Of a DNA stretch of 64,000 nt, positions 29,296 through 38,131 are shown one piece after another. Position numbers and translations under genes: made by a program. The notes under the pieces were generated by a model that worked only from the letters and a program-made list of their open reading frames with translations, did not search any database and had not been told where the DNA came from. The stretch is from an uncultured Verrucomicrobiae bacterium. GTDB lineage: Bacteria > Verrucomicrobiota > Verrucomicrobiia > Limisphaerales > Palsa-1400. Position 1 is the stretch's first letter. The number at the start of each line of letters is the position of its first letter. The stretch spans positions 640,001 through 704,000 of the forward strand of contig CAVXRD010000002.1 of assembly GCA_963764165.1 (NCBI GenBank), read 5' to 3'.

Positions 29296-30629
29296 GTCTG
29301 CAAAGTTGGGCCGATGGTGTTGCGCCCTGGTGGGGGGTTTGTTGAGTTTTTCCGCCGCGGCATCCGCTTTGCCCCCGCGCCAGCCGACCAAGCCTTTCCT
29401 CAACATGCCGCCGAAATCCGGCGGCGAGTTTCCTCCTCTGCTCTCTCAAACGGGGGCTTTCGCCGATGCGGCCCACTTGGCCACTTCGCCAGGGCTGATT
29501 CCTTATGATCTCAATCTCTCGTTCTGGGCCGACGGCGGCTGGAAGCTCCGTTGGATGGCGCTGCCAGATGCGAAAATTGAATATTTCGGCCACCAACGAA
29601 TGGAAGTTTCCGGCGGGGACGGTTTTTGTCAAACATTTCGAACTGGCCACCAACGACGCTGATCCTTCGCAGCGCCGCCGTCTGGAAACCCGCTTTATTG
29701 TGCGAGACGCCGCGGGCGGCGTCTACGGCGCGACCTACAAATGGCGCGCCGACAACAGCGATGCTGATCTTCTTGCCACGAACCTTTCGGAAAACATCGT
29801 CATCCGCACCGCAACAGGAACGCGCACGCAAACGTGGTATTATCCCTCCCGCTCCGACTGTGTGACATGCCACACCGATCGCGCCGGCGGCGTTCTCGGC
29901 GTGAAAACGCGGCAGCTCAATCATCCATATCCATTCGCGGCGGGCGGCCAGGTCAATGAGTTGCTCGCGTGGAGCAAACTCGGCCTGCTCAACGCGAACT
30001 TGTCCGAATCCGATGTGGCAGCCTGCGACAGTCTTGCCCGCCCCGGGGACACTTCGCGTTCATTGGAAGATCGCGCCCGATCTTACCTGGACGTGAACTG
30101 CGGCAATTGCCATCGGCCGGGAGGAGGAACTGTGGGTTATTTCGATGCGCGCTACACCACTCCGCTCGATCATCAGGCGCTGATTGACGGGCCGATTCTC
30201 ATCAACGAAGGAGTTGACCGCGCGCGCGTCGTTTCGCCGAAGGACATTTGGCGTTCGATTCTTTACATGCGCGCCTTCAGTGTCGAGGGCTACAAAATGC
30301 CGCCACTGGCCCATGAAGCAGTTGATGCAAATGGCGCGGCGCTTATCCGCCAATGGATCGAAAGCATGCCGGGAAAGCCTGTTCTCGCGCCGCCGGAATT
30401 TTCCCTGCCGGCTGGAAATTATCCGAGCGCCGTTGAAGTGAAATTAAGCGAAGCCGAGCCCGGCGCGGAAATTCATTTTACAGTAGACGGCAGCATTCCC
30501 GGGCCGGGCGATCCCGTTTACAAACGGCCGCTGCGCCTGGCGGAATCGACGACCGTTCGCGCCCGCTCTTACAAGGACGGTTACACACGCAGCATCACCG
30601 CCCAGCAGACTTTCATCATTGGCCAATGA
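29285..30629 (+). pseudogene. Secreted diheme c-type cytochrome domain protein with a +1 frameshift near 29585
   Basis: 5' frame (LLSQTGAF..LIPY..FWADG..KIEY) and 3' frame (SATNEWKFPAGT..CVTCH..CGNCH) are both collinear with the C-terminal region of 22364-28789; removing one T at 29584-29586 joins them. Confidence 0.85.
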
Positions 30630-30670
30630 CAAGCTTGGATGCCGCTTCGGAATTATGACGCGGAATTTAG

Positions 30671-30804
30671 ACAGGATGAACAGGATTTACAGGATGGGGA
30701 AGAATATCGCCTTCCGAAGCAAAGCTCACACCGAGGGCAGCCGGCGGTGGGACAAAATCTCTTCGCCCAGCTTTGCTTCGTTATCTTCGCTGCCTTCTGT
30801 TCAA
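30671..30804. repeat. Two unpaired 9-bp-periodic repeat tracts
   Basis: acaggatga-acaggattt-acaggatgg (30671-30697); cttcgttat-cttcgctgc-cttctgttcaa (about 30777-30804). Confidence 0.7.
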
Positions 30805-31074
30805 TGCCTTTTTCCGGTTCCTCGACAGTTTTCGGTGGAATAGCGGTGGCAAATCTGATTCATTCCGGCGAGGAACCTCCGCTCCCTCTGCGTCTGCGCA
30901 AGATGGCGTGTAAGGCCACAATGAAGCCAAAGACGGAGGGAACACAACTTTCGCGCAGAGAAGATGAGCGGGGAGGAACACAAAGACAATCCGCATTCCA
31001 CTTGCAACAGTTAGGAACCAGCCTTTGGCGAAAATTCTGGCCAAATTGCGCCGAGTGATTATCCTCGCACGATA

Positions 31075-31833
31075 GTGAGCACTGTTGTGGAAATCCATGA
31101 CTTGCGGGTTGAGTACCCGAGCCGTGAGCTGCGGCAGCGGAGCAAGCTGGCCGTGGACGGCTTGAACCTGCAAGTGCAAGCAGGCGAGGTCTTTGGTTTT
31201 CTCGGGCCAAATGGCGCGGGCAAAACCACGACCATGAACGTCCTGCTCGGATTCGTCAATGCCACGGCCGGGTCGGCCTCCATTTTTGGCGTCGATGTCC
31301 GCAAGCCGATTGCCCGCCAGCGCATTGGCTATCTTCCCGAGCTGACTTATTATTACAAGTTCCTCAATACCGAGGAGCTTTTGCGCTTTTACGCCCGCAT
31401 TTTTCGCATTCCGAGATCCGAACGCGACCGACGGATTGATGCGGTGTTGAAATTGGTGGAATTGGAGCATGCACGGAAGCGCCTCATCAAAACGTATTCC
31501 AAGGGCATGCAGCAGCGCGTGGGCCTGGCCCAAGCGCTCATTAACGACCCGGATTTGCTCATCCTCGACGAGCCCACCAGCGGGCTTGATCCGCTGGGCC
31601 GCATGAAAGTGCGCGAAATCATCCAGCGCCTCAAGGAGGAGGGAAAGACCGTGCTGTTTTCCTCGCACGAATTAGGCGAAGTCGAAACCGTCTGCGACCG
31701 CGTCGGAATTCTGCACGAGGGGAAGCTGCGCGTCGAAGGCCGCGTGAGCGATTTGGTCCAGCAATATCAATGCAATCTTGAACATGTCTTCCTCAAAATC
31801 GTCGGTTACAATCCGGCACCCCAGCGCGTCTAA
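31075..31833 (+). CDS. ABC transporter ATP-binding protein
   Basis: GPNGAGKTT, YSKGMQQR, ILDEPTSGLD, SSH. Confidence 0.95.
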   Translation: MSTVVEIHDLRVEYPSRELRQRSKLAVDGLNLQVQAGEVFGFLGPNGAGKTTTMNVLLGFVNATAGSASIFGVDVRKPIARQRIGYLPELTYYYKFLNTEELLRFYARIFRIPRSERDRRIDAVLKLVELEHARKRLIKTYSKGMQQRVGLAQALINDPDLLILDEPTSGLDPLGRMKVREIIQRLKEEGKTVLFSSHELGEVETVCDRVGILHEGKLRVEGRVSDLVQQYQCNLEHVFLKIVGYNPAPQRV

Positions 31834-32605
31834 TTGCCTCGCCATCGCCGGAGTGGTGATGAAAGAGATGTATCGCCGGAAGGACTTTTACGTCCTCTTC
31901 GCGCTGCTGGTGGCGGTGACCTTTTTGCTCGGCACGATTAATTTCTTCAATGACGAGCACATCGTCCGCTTCATCAAGGAAGCCGCGTTTCTGTTGATTT
32001 GGATTTCGTCGCTGGTAATTGTGATTACCACGACGGCCCGGCAGATTCCGGCCGAGCGCGAAAGCCGCACGATTTTTCCGCTGCTGGCCAAGCCGGTGGG
32101 CCGGGGTGAAGTGGTGGTGGGAAAATTCCTGGGCTGCTGGTTTGCCGGCGGGATTGCATTAATCGTTTTTTATTTTTTCTTTGGCGTGATGACGGCGTCG
32201 CTTGAACACAAGCTTCCCATCCTGGCGGACCTCCAGGCGCTTTGGCTGCATTGGATGGGGTTGGGCATCGTGGCGGCAATGGTTATGTTCGGGTCGGTTG
32301 TCTTCACAGCGCCGTCGTCGAACATCACGATTTCATTCCTGGTCGTCTTGGGGATCATGTTTGCGGGCGGGCATTTGAATTCGGTGGCCATCCAGATGCG
32401 CGGCATTTCGGGGACGATTGTTTACGCGATCTATTATGCCATCCCGCATCTGGAACTTTATGACATTCGCGATTTGGTGGTGCATGACTGGGGATTGGTG
32501 GATTGGACAGCGTGCCTGGGCGCCTCCGCCTACGCCTTTATTTACATGGCGTTGATGCTGGGCTGCGCATGGGTTGTGTTCAGAAAGAAAACGGTGACGT
32601 TGTGA
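31784..32605 (+). CDS. ABC-2 type permease
   Basis: Six TM helices; ERESRTIFPLLAKPVGRGEVVVGKFLG. Confidence 0.88.
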   Translation: MSSSKSSVTIRHPSASNCLAIAGVVMKEMYRRKDFYVLFALLVAVTFLLGTINFFNDEHIVRFIKEAAFLLIWISSLVIVITTTARQIPAERESRTIFPLLAKPVGRGEVVVGKFLGCWFAGGIALIVFYFFFGVMTASLEHKLPILADLQALWLHWMGLGIVAAMVMFGSVVFTAPSSNITISFLVVLGIMFAGGHLNSVAIQMRGISGTIVYAIYYAIPHLELYDIRDLVVHDWGLVDWTACLGASAYAFIYMALMLGCAWVVFRKKTVTL

Positions 32606-32609
32606 AGCC

Positions 32610-33458
32610 ATGTTTAAGCTGATCATGCTGCTGCTGTTTGTTTGCTGCCTGACGCTAGCGACGGTGCTGGTGCCGCAATTTGCCACTTGGCGCGAGAGCC
32701 AGGATCACGGCGCATCGTCCGCCGGGATGCTGGTGGCATTGATGGGCGACAGCCGGCGGCTGTTTGCGCACGAATTTTTCGCCAAGGCGGACGCTTATTT
32801 TCATCGCGGATTCTACCCCTCGATTTTCGACCGCAAAAATCCCGGCGCCGAATCAGACTTGAAGGAGGAGTCGCATCAAAAGACAGGGGATGCCAAAGAT
32901 CACGAGCAGGAAAGCACATTTCTAGGACCGCCCAAGGATTGGATTGACCGCCTGGGCCGCCATTTTTATCCGACCACGCACGTCCACCTGACCGCGGGCA
33001 ACGAACGCGAGATGCTGCCGTGGCTCAAGCTTTCCGCCGAACTGGAGCCGCACGAAATTGATCCGTATCTCACTGCGTCTTACTGGCTGCGCACGTCATT
33101 GGACAAGCCCAATGAGGCCGAGCAGTTTTTGCGGCAAGGCCTGGCCGCCAACCCGGACAGCCCGGAAATCCTGCTCGAGCTGGGCCGCATCAACTTCTAC
33201 AACCGCACCAACGCGCAGGCCGGACGGAACGTTTTTGAATTGGCGCTGCAAAAATGGCGCAAGCTGGACTCCGCCGGGAAGAAACCCGACCCGATTATTT
33301 GCGAGGAAATTCTCGGCGAAATTGTCCGCACCGATCGCGCCTTGAAAGATCCAAAGCAAGAACTGGCCGATTTGGAGGAATTGATCAAAATCGCCAGGGG
33401 CAAAGGATCCTTGCAGACGCAGATTGATGAGTTGAAGGCCAAATTGGGTGCCAAATAG
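32610..33458 (+). CDS. Membrane-anchored TPR-like protein
   Basis: N-terminal hydrophobic anchor; AEQFLRQGLAANPDSPEILLELG. Confidence 0.78.
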   Translation: MFKLIMLLLFVCCLTLATVLVPQFATWRESQDHGASSAGMLVALMGDSRRLFAHEFFAKADAYFHRGFYPSIFDRKNPGAESDLKEESHQKTGDAKDHEQESTFLGPPKDWIDRLGRHFYPTTHVHLTAGNEREMLPWLKLSAELEPHEIDPYLTASYWLRTSLDKPNEAEQFLRQGLAANPDSPEILLELGRINFYNRTNAQAGRNVFELALQKWRKLDSAGKKPDPIICEEILGEIVRTDRALKDPKQELADLEELIKIARGKGSLQTQIDELKAKLGAK

Positions 33459-33560
33459 CCAGTTTGACAATTCATTGTGCCCGGCCTGTTGATTAACTTT
33501 GACAAAAGGTAACTGGCGGCATCCGCCTGATTCTTCCCGCCGCTTACGTTAAAATAAAAA

Positions 33561-33655
33561 AATTGAACAGGAGAAAGACCGAGGGCGCAGAGAAGAAAAA
33601 ACCATTGTTGGGCCGGTTTTTCTCTGCGTCCTCTGTCTTTCTCCTGTTCAATTTC
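33561..33655. repeat. Long inverted repeat between convergent genes, probable bidirectional terminator
   Basis: aaattgaacaggagaaagaccgagggcgcagagaa pairs with ttctctgcgtcctctgtctttctcctgttcaattt (2 mismatches). Confidence 0.85.
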
Positions 33656-33680
33656 AGGGATTCTGAGAAAAGTTGGGCGC

Positions 33681-34343
33681 TCAACCGAACAAATTCAATT
33701 CCGGCTCCGGCGGGCGGATGGGCGAGAACGAGCGCCGGTGGATGGGACACGCGCCGAGCGATTTTATCGCCTCCAAATGTTTCTGCGTGGCGTAGCCTTT
33801 GTGCTCAGCGAAACCGTAGCCGGGATAGACGCGGTCCAATTCCAACATGACGCGATCACGGCTGACTTTCGCCAAAATGCTGGCCGCGCCGATGGAATAA
33901 CTCAGCGCATCGCCGGAAACAATGGGTGTTTGCGGAAGCGTCATGGAATGCACACGCAACCCGTCCACCAGCACATGGGCGGGCGGCGGCCGCAATTGCG
34001 CCAGCGCGATGTTCATCGCCCGATGGCTGGCTTGAAGAATATTGATTTCGTCGATGACATCGACTTCGACGCTCGCGACGGCGTATTCGACTTCCGGATG
34101 GGACGTCAGTTCGAGAAAGAGTTTTTCGCGCAATTCGGGCGAGACTTGCTTTGAGTCATTCACCTTGCGGAAGGAGGCTGGCAATTTGTCGTGAATCCAC
34201 GATACGGGCAAAATCACGGCAGCAGCAAAAACCGGCCCGGCTAGGGGGCCGCGGCCAGCCTCATCGACTCCGGCGATGCGCGATACGCCGCATTCGAGGA
34301 GCTCGAACTCATACTGAAAGCGTTTGGGAATTCTCTTCGCCAC
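33681..34343 (-). CDS. rnhB: Ribonuclease HII
   Basis: GVDEAGRGPLAGPV, DSK, VDG, IGAASILAKVSRD, HKGY, HRRSF. Confidence 0.96.
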   Translation of the reverse strand: MAKRIPKRFQYEFELLECGVSRIAGVDEAGRGPLAGPVFAAAVILPVSWIHDKLPASFRKVNDSKQVSPELREKLFLELTSHPEVEYAVASVEVDVIDEINILQASHRAMNIALAQLRPPPAHVLVDGLRVHSMTLPQTPIVSGDALSYSIGAASILAKVSRDRVMLELDRVYPGYGFAEHKGYATQKHLEAIKSLGACPIHRRSFSPIRPPEPELNLFG

Positions 34344-34484
34344 GTGGTGTTACTTTGAAACCAAATGGCTGCTCGTTTCAAACTGAATTTAATGAATTCT
34401 CTTCGAAACCTGGTCGCTCAAAGGCGGGGCTTTTAAATTGCATCAAGATCACAGAGGCATACCATGAATCGTCAAATACGAACC

Positions 34485-34893
34485 ATGGAAGTCGTTTATG
34501 TGGAAACCAGCGTTATCAGCCTGCTTGTGGGAAATCCGAGCCGAGACCTGATATTAGCAGGCAACCAACAAACCACACGAGACTGGTGGCGGCTGCGTCG
34601 CGCACACTTCTTCTGTGTGGCATCAACCGAGGTCATGCGCGAATCCGGCGAAGGTGATCCGCAAGAGGCCGCGAAACGGAGGGGCATTCTTGGTCAACTA
34701 ACGATTCTGCCATTCTCACGGGAGGCAGATCGCCGGATGAAGGCATTGCTTGCAACGCGTGCGCTGCCGCCGTCATTTGGCAAATGCCCAAATCTTGAAA
34801 CGCTTGGAGACAGAAGCACTGCGCCTGGGATGGAAATTGCCAAAGGTTTGCACACCAGCCGAACTAATGGGAGATTCACCTGATGAAAACTGA
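34485..34893 (+). pseudogene. PIN/VapC-like toxin inactivated by an internal deletion and frameshift near 34770
   Basis: Frame 1 VYVETSVISLL..SRDL..QQTTRDWW..ALPP; frame 2 RHLANAQILKRL..LPKVCTPAELMG; the expected DAxH..LTWN segment is absent. Confidence 0.78.
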
Positions 34894-35125
34894 GTCGATT
34901 ATGGACGAACTGTGTGCCGTCAAAGACAAACTGGCTCGCGAAGCAGGCTATGACGCCGACCGCTTTATTGAAAATCTGCGGCAGTGGGAAATGGCACATC
35001 CGCAGCCAGGTCCTGTTATCTCCGATGCCAACGAACCGCGCCTGTTTGCTGCAAGTGAGAAACGCAAGCAGGCAGAGGCATCGGCTCTGATACTGGGCGA
35101 AAACTCGCCACCCACGGGAGATTAA
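34883..35125 (+). CDS. Small hypothetical protein, probable antitoxin partner of the PIN gene
   Basis: IMDELCAVKDKLAREAGYD helix; overlaps the PIN gene end. Confidence 0.62.
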   Translation: MKTESIMDELCAVKDKLAREAGYDADRFIENLRQWEMAHPQPGPVISDANEPRLFAASEKRKQAEASALILGENSPPTGD

Positions 35126-35183
35126 GCTAACGGATTATGCTGCCCAGTGCGCTTCAAATATATCCCAGCCGCGCGGCAAAATT

Positions 35184-36431
35184 TCAAGGCAAACGCGGCG
35201 GCTGATTGGCTTCAATTTCAAATTGGTTGCTCTTGCCAACTTGCACGGTACCGGAGATGCGCGCCGCATTCGACGCAGACGCGGCCGCATTTTGCCGGGA
35301 AATGCCAGATCGCCGGGCGCCACCAAACGCAGCCTGATTCCGTCCGAATACGTTGTTCGTGAAATCTCCCGAGAGCGTCTGGACATTTCCATTGAAAATA
35401 ATGCTCTGCTGCAAGCTGCGGTTTGTTCCAGAAACGTTGAAATTCCAATTCTCGTCTGTTCCCACTGCAGGTTGCTTTGCTTTCTGAACTGCTTGACGCG
35501 AAAATGCGCCCCCTTCCTTGGCCACGACCGTGCCTTTATAAACAGATCCGTCCCCGTCGACGATGCTGACGTTCTGGCCGGCGCGGCTCATTTGGAAATT
35601 CGAAAGAAGATTTGGCGCGGGATCGGCCGCTGAATCTTTTGCAGCCCGAACGAAGTTCTGCGCGCTCGAATCAAAGTTCGCGCCACCTACCGCGCCAGCC
35701 GGTCGTGCGAGATTCTGCTGAAAAGAAGATCTTTGCTGCCCCAAGGATTCATTTGCCGCCTTCGCTTGAGCCGAAGGGAGCGCCTCACCACCTGCAAGAC
35801 TATCTGCAACGATCGCCGCCGGCACGCTGGCAGGCGGAGCGGCGGCTGGGGTTGTGGGTGCAGTCGCTGCGTCCGAAAGCAAAGGCGAAGTCGCAGGCGC
35901 GGGAGATGCGGGATAAATATTTGAGGGTGTCCCGGAATAGCCGTTGGCAAGCGGAGAATTTTCGCCGCTGCGAGGCTCGGTGAGTTGCGGAGCCTGCGCA
36001 GCCGGAAGGGGCGCCTCGCTGAGTTCCCTCTTGCGCGACCCAAGGCTTCGGTCCGCTGAACCGCTCCGGCCAGCCAATTCCGGCATGCCCTTTTTCACCG
36101 CGTTCAGTCTGAAATCGTTCTCGCGGTGTTGCGCGGCGGATTCATGCGCGGGAGCCAGCCGGTCCAACTGCGCGTTCAGCATCGCGAAGGCAAAGAGCAT
36201 GGCCACCGCTCCCCCTCCCATCGCAATCATGGGCCAGCGCCATCTTCTCCAACGCTCCGCACCCGCGCCCTCGGAATCTTTGCGCGCGCCCAGCGTCCGC
36301 CGCACCTCATCCTGCAAAAGACGGCGCGTCGCGGGATGGATTTCATCCGGCGCTTCGCCCTGCTCCCGGCGCTTCTTTGCGTAAGCGCGGAGCAGTTCGT
36401 CCATTTTGCTGTTTGGCTCGTCAGACGGCAT
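35184..36431 (-). CDS. Putative anti-sigma factor (single TM, Pro/Ala-rich extracytoplasmic part)
   Basis: Directly downstream of the ECF sigma; short helical N-terminal domain, RWRRWRW then TM. Confidence 0.65.
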   Translation of the reverse strand: MPSDEPNSKMDELLRAYAKKRREQGEAPDEIHPATRRLLQDEVRRTLGARKDSEGAGAERWRRWRWPMIAMGGGAVAMLFAFAMLNAQLDRLAPAHESAAQHRENDFRLNAVKKGMPELAGRSGSADRSLGSRKRELSEAPLPAAQAPQLTEPRSGENSPLANGYSGTPSNIYPASPAPATSPLLSDAATAPTTPAAAPPASVPAAIVADSLAGGEALPSAQAKAANESLGQQRSSFQQNLARPAGAVGGANFDSSAQNFVRAAKDSAADPAPNLLSNFQMSRAGQNVSIVDGDGSVYKGTVVAKEGGAFSRQAVQKAKQPAVGTDENWNFNVSGTNRSLQQSIIFNGNVQTLSGDFTNNVFGRNQAAFGGARRSGISRQNAAASASNAARISGTVQVGKSNQFEIEANQPPRLP

Positions 36432-36471
36432 GTTCAACTCATTTCAATTCAGCTTTGCTCATTACAATACA

Positions 36472-37098
36472 TTAGACGGAAAAAGGCTCCGTTTTCTTCC
36501 CGCCAAAGATTTCCACGGCGATCTTCTCCAGCTTATCAAGGCATTTGCTCAATCGCGAACTCACTGTTTTCGGATTTAATTTCAATTCCGCCGCAATCTC
36601 CTCGTAGCTCAAATCCGCGAAATATCGCAAATCAATGACCTCGCGGCACGGCATCTCCAATTGATCCAGCGCCTGGCCCATCTGCGCCGCGCCCTCGGCC
36701 CGGCCCAGCAGTGCGTCCGGCGCGGGGAGCGGGCTTGGCACTTGCAAGGGAGCGCTGTCCTCGCCCGGTTCCTCCTGCAGCGAGAGAATCGTCTGCCCGC
36801 CACCGCGTTTGGCGGCGTGCTGGCGTTCGCGGTAGTCGCGGGCTTTGTTGGCGGCGATTCGAAAAATCCACGTCTGCAATTTGCTGCCGCCGTGAAACGA
36901 TTCAATGTTCTTAATGACAGCAAGAAAAGTTTCCTGGCAGATTTCCTCCGCGTCCTCGCGCGTGAAGGTGTGGGACAATTGGAAAATGAAGCGGGACGCC
37001 GCCGCGTAGTGCCGGTCGAAAAGCGCGTTCCAGGCCCACTCGTCGCCTTGGCGGCAGCGGGAAATCAAGGACGCTTCCGAATCGTCGCTCACGTTCAT
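36472..37098 (-). CDS. ECF RNA polymerase sigma factor
   Basis: DAEEICQETF..TWIFRIAANKARD (region 2); LSYEEIA..TVSSRLS (region 4). Confidence 0.93.
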   Translation of the reverse strand: MNVSDDSEASLISRCRQGDEWAWNALFDRHYAAASRFIFQLSHTFTREDAEEICQETFLAVIKNIESFHGGSKLQTWIFRIAANKARDYRERQHAAKRGGGQTILSLQEEPGEDSAPLQVPSPLPAPDALLGRAEGAAQMGQALDQLEMPCREVIDLRYFADLSYEEIAAELKLNPKTVSSRLSKCLDKLEKIAVEIFGGKKTEPFSV

Positions 37099-37151
37099 AG
37101 GATATGGTTACACCGGCGGTTCACAAATGTTTTGTGCAGAAGGCTGTTTGA

Positions 37152-37253
37152 GGCAGGGACGCCTCGCCGAGGCGTCCGGTTGTGTGTGAAAATGCCAACA
37201 GGCCGCGCGTGAATAACGCCTCACCCCGGACGCCTCGGCGAGGCGTCCCTACC
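37152..37253. repeat. REP doublet (GTAG family A)
   Basis: ggcagggacgcctcgccgaggcgtccgg ... ccggacgcctcggcgaggcgtccctacc. Confidence 0.9.
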
Positions 37254-37294
37254 ACAAAACTTGATTTGCGGAGCCGCTCAGCTAAAGGTGGGGT

Positions 37295-38074
37295 ATGGCT
37301 TTTTCTCTTGCCGGCAAATGGATTCTGATAACAGGTGCTTCCAGCGGATTCGGCGCGGCCGCCGCTTCCGCTTTTGGCGCGTTGGGCTGCAACCTTCTCC
37401 TCGGCGCGCGCCGGGTGGATCGCCTCGAATCGACCGCCGCCGCCGCCCGCAAAGCAGGCGCCCATCAGGCGCTCATCCACTCGCTCGATGTCACAAAGAC
37501 CGCCAGTGTCGAAGCGTTTGTGGCGTGGGCGAAAACGAAGACTTCCGCGGTGGATGTGCTGCTCAACAACGCGGGCGGTGCGCACGGATTGGATTCCGTC
37601 GCCAATGGCCGCGACGAAGATTGGGAGGCAACCATTCAAACAAATGTTCTCGGATTGCTGCGGGTCACACGGGCTGTTCTGCCGATGATGCCCAAGGATT
37701 CTGGGGCCACGATTCTCAATATCGGCTCCGTCGCCGGACGATGGGCGTATGAAGGCGGGTCGGCGTATTGCGCGGCAAAAGCTGGCGAATTGAAAATCAC
37801 GCAAACGCTGCGGCTCGAATTGAACGGCACGGGCATTCGCGTCTGTTCGCTTGATCCTGGACTGGCGCGAACGGAATTCGGCACTGTCCGGTTCAAGGGC
37901 GACCAGGCAAAAGCCGACAAGGTTTACGATGGTGTCATTCCACTTACCGCCGAAGATATCGCCGAGACGCTCGTATGGATGGCGACGCGCCCGCCGCACG
38001 TCAACATCGACGAGATGGTTATCAAATGCGTCGACCAGGCGGCGACGTTCAAGGTCTTTCGGCGGACAAAGTAA
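37295..38074 (+). CDS. SDR oxidoreductase, YdfG-like
   Basis: TGASSGFG, NNAG, YCAAK, RPPHVNI. Confidence 0.9.
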   Translation: MAFSLAGKWILITGASSGFGAAAASAFGALGCNLLLGARRVDRLESTAAAARKAGAHQALIHSLDVTKTASVEAFVAWAKTKTSAVDVLLNNAGGAHGLDSVANGRDEDWEATIQTNVLGLLRVTRAVLPMMPKDSGATILNIGSVAGRWAYEGGSAYCAAKAGELKITQTLRLELNGTGIRVCSLDPGLARTEFGTVRFKGDQAKADKVYDGVIPLTAEDIAETLVWMATRPPHVNIDEMVIKCVDQAATFKVFRRTK

Positions 38075-38131
38075 AAGGCGCGGCTCGACTTCACTGGCCG
38101 CTTCTGGTTGCATGTGCGCGGTGACAGCGAC

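Noticed and set aside
29575..29590. Programmed ribosomal frameshift
   Set aside because: No canonical slippery heptamer or evident stimulatory element; a single-base indel explains it
30619..31058. ORFs 30619-30843 and 30639-31058
   Set aside because: They translate periodic repeat remnants (DRMNRIYRM; FASLSSLPSVQ) and lack protein-like features
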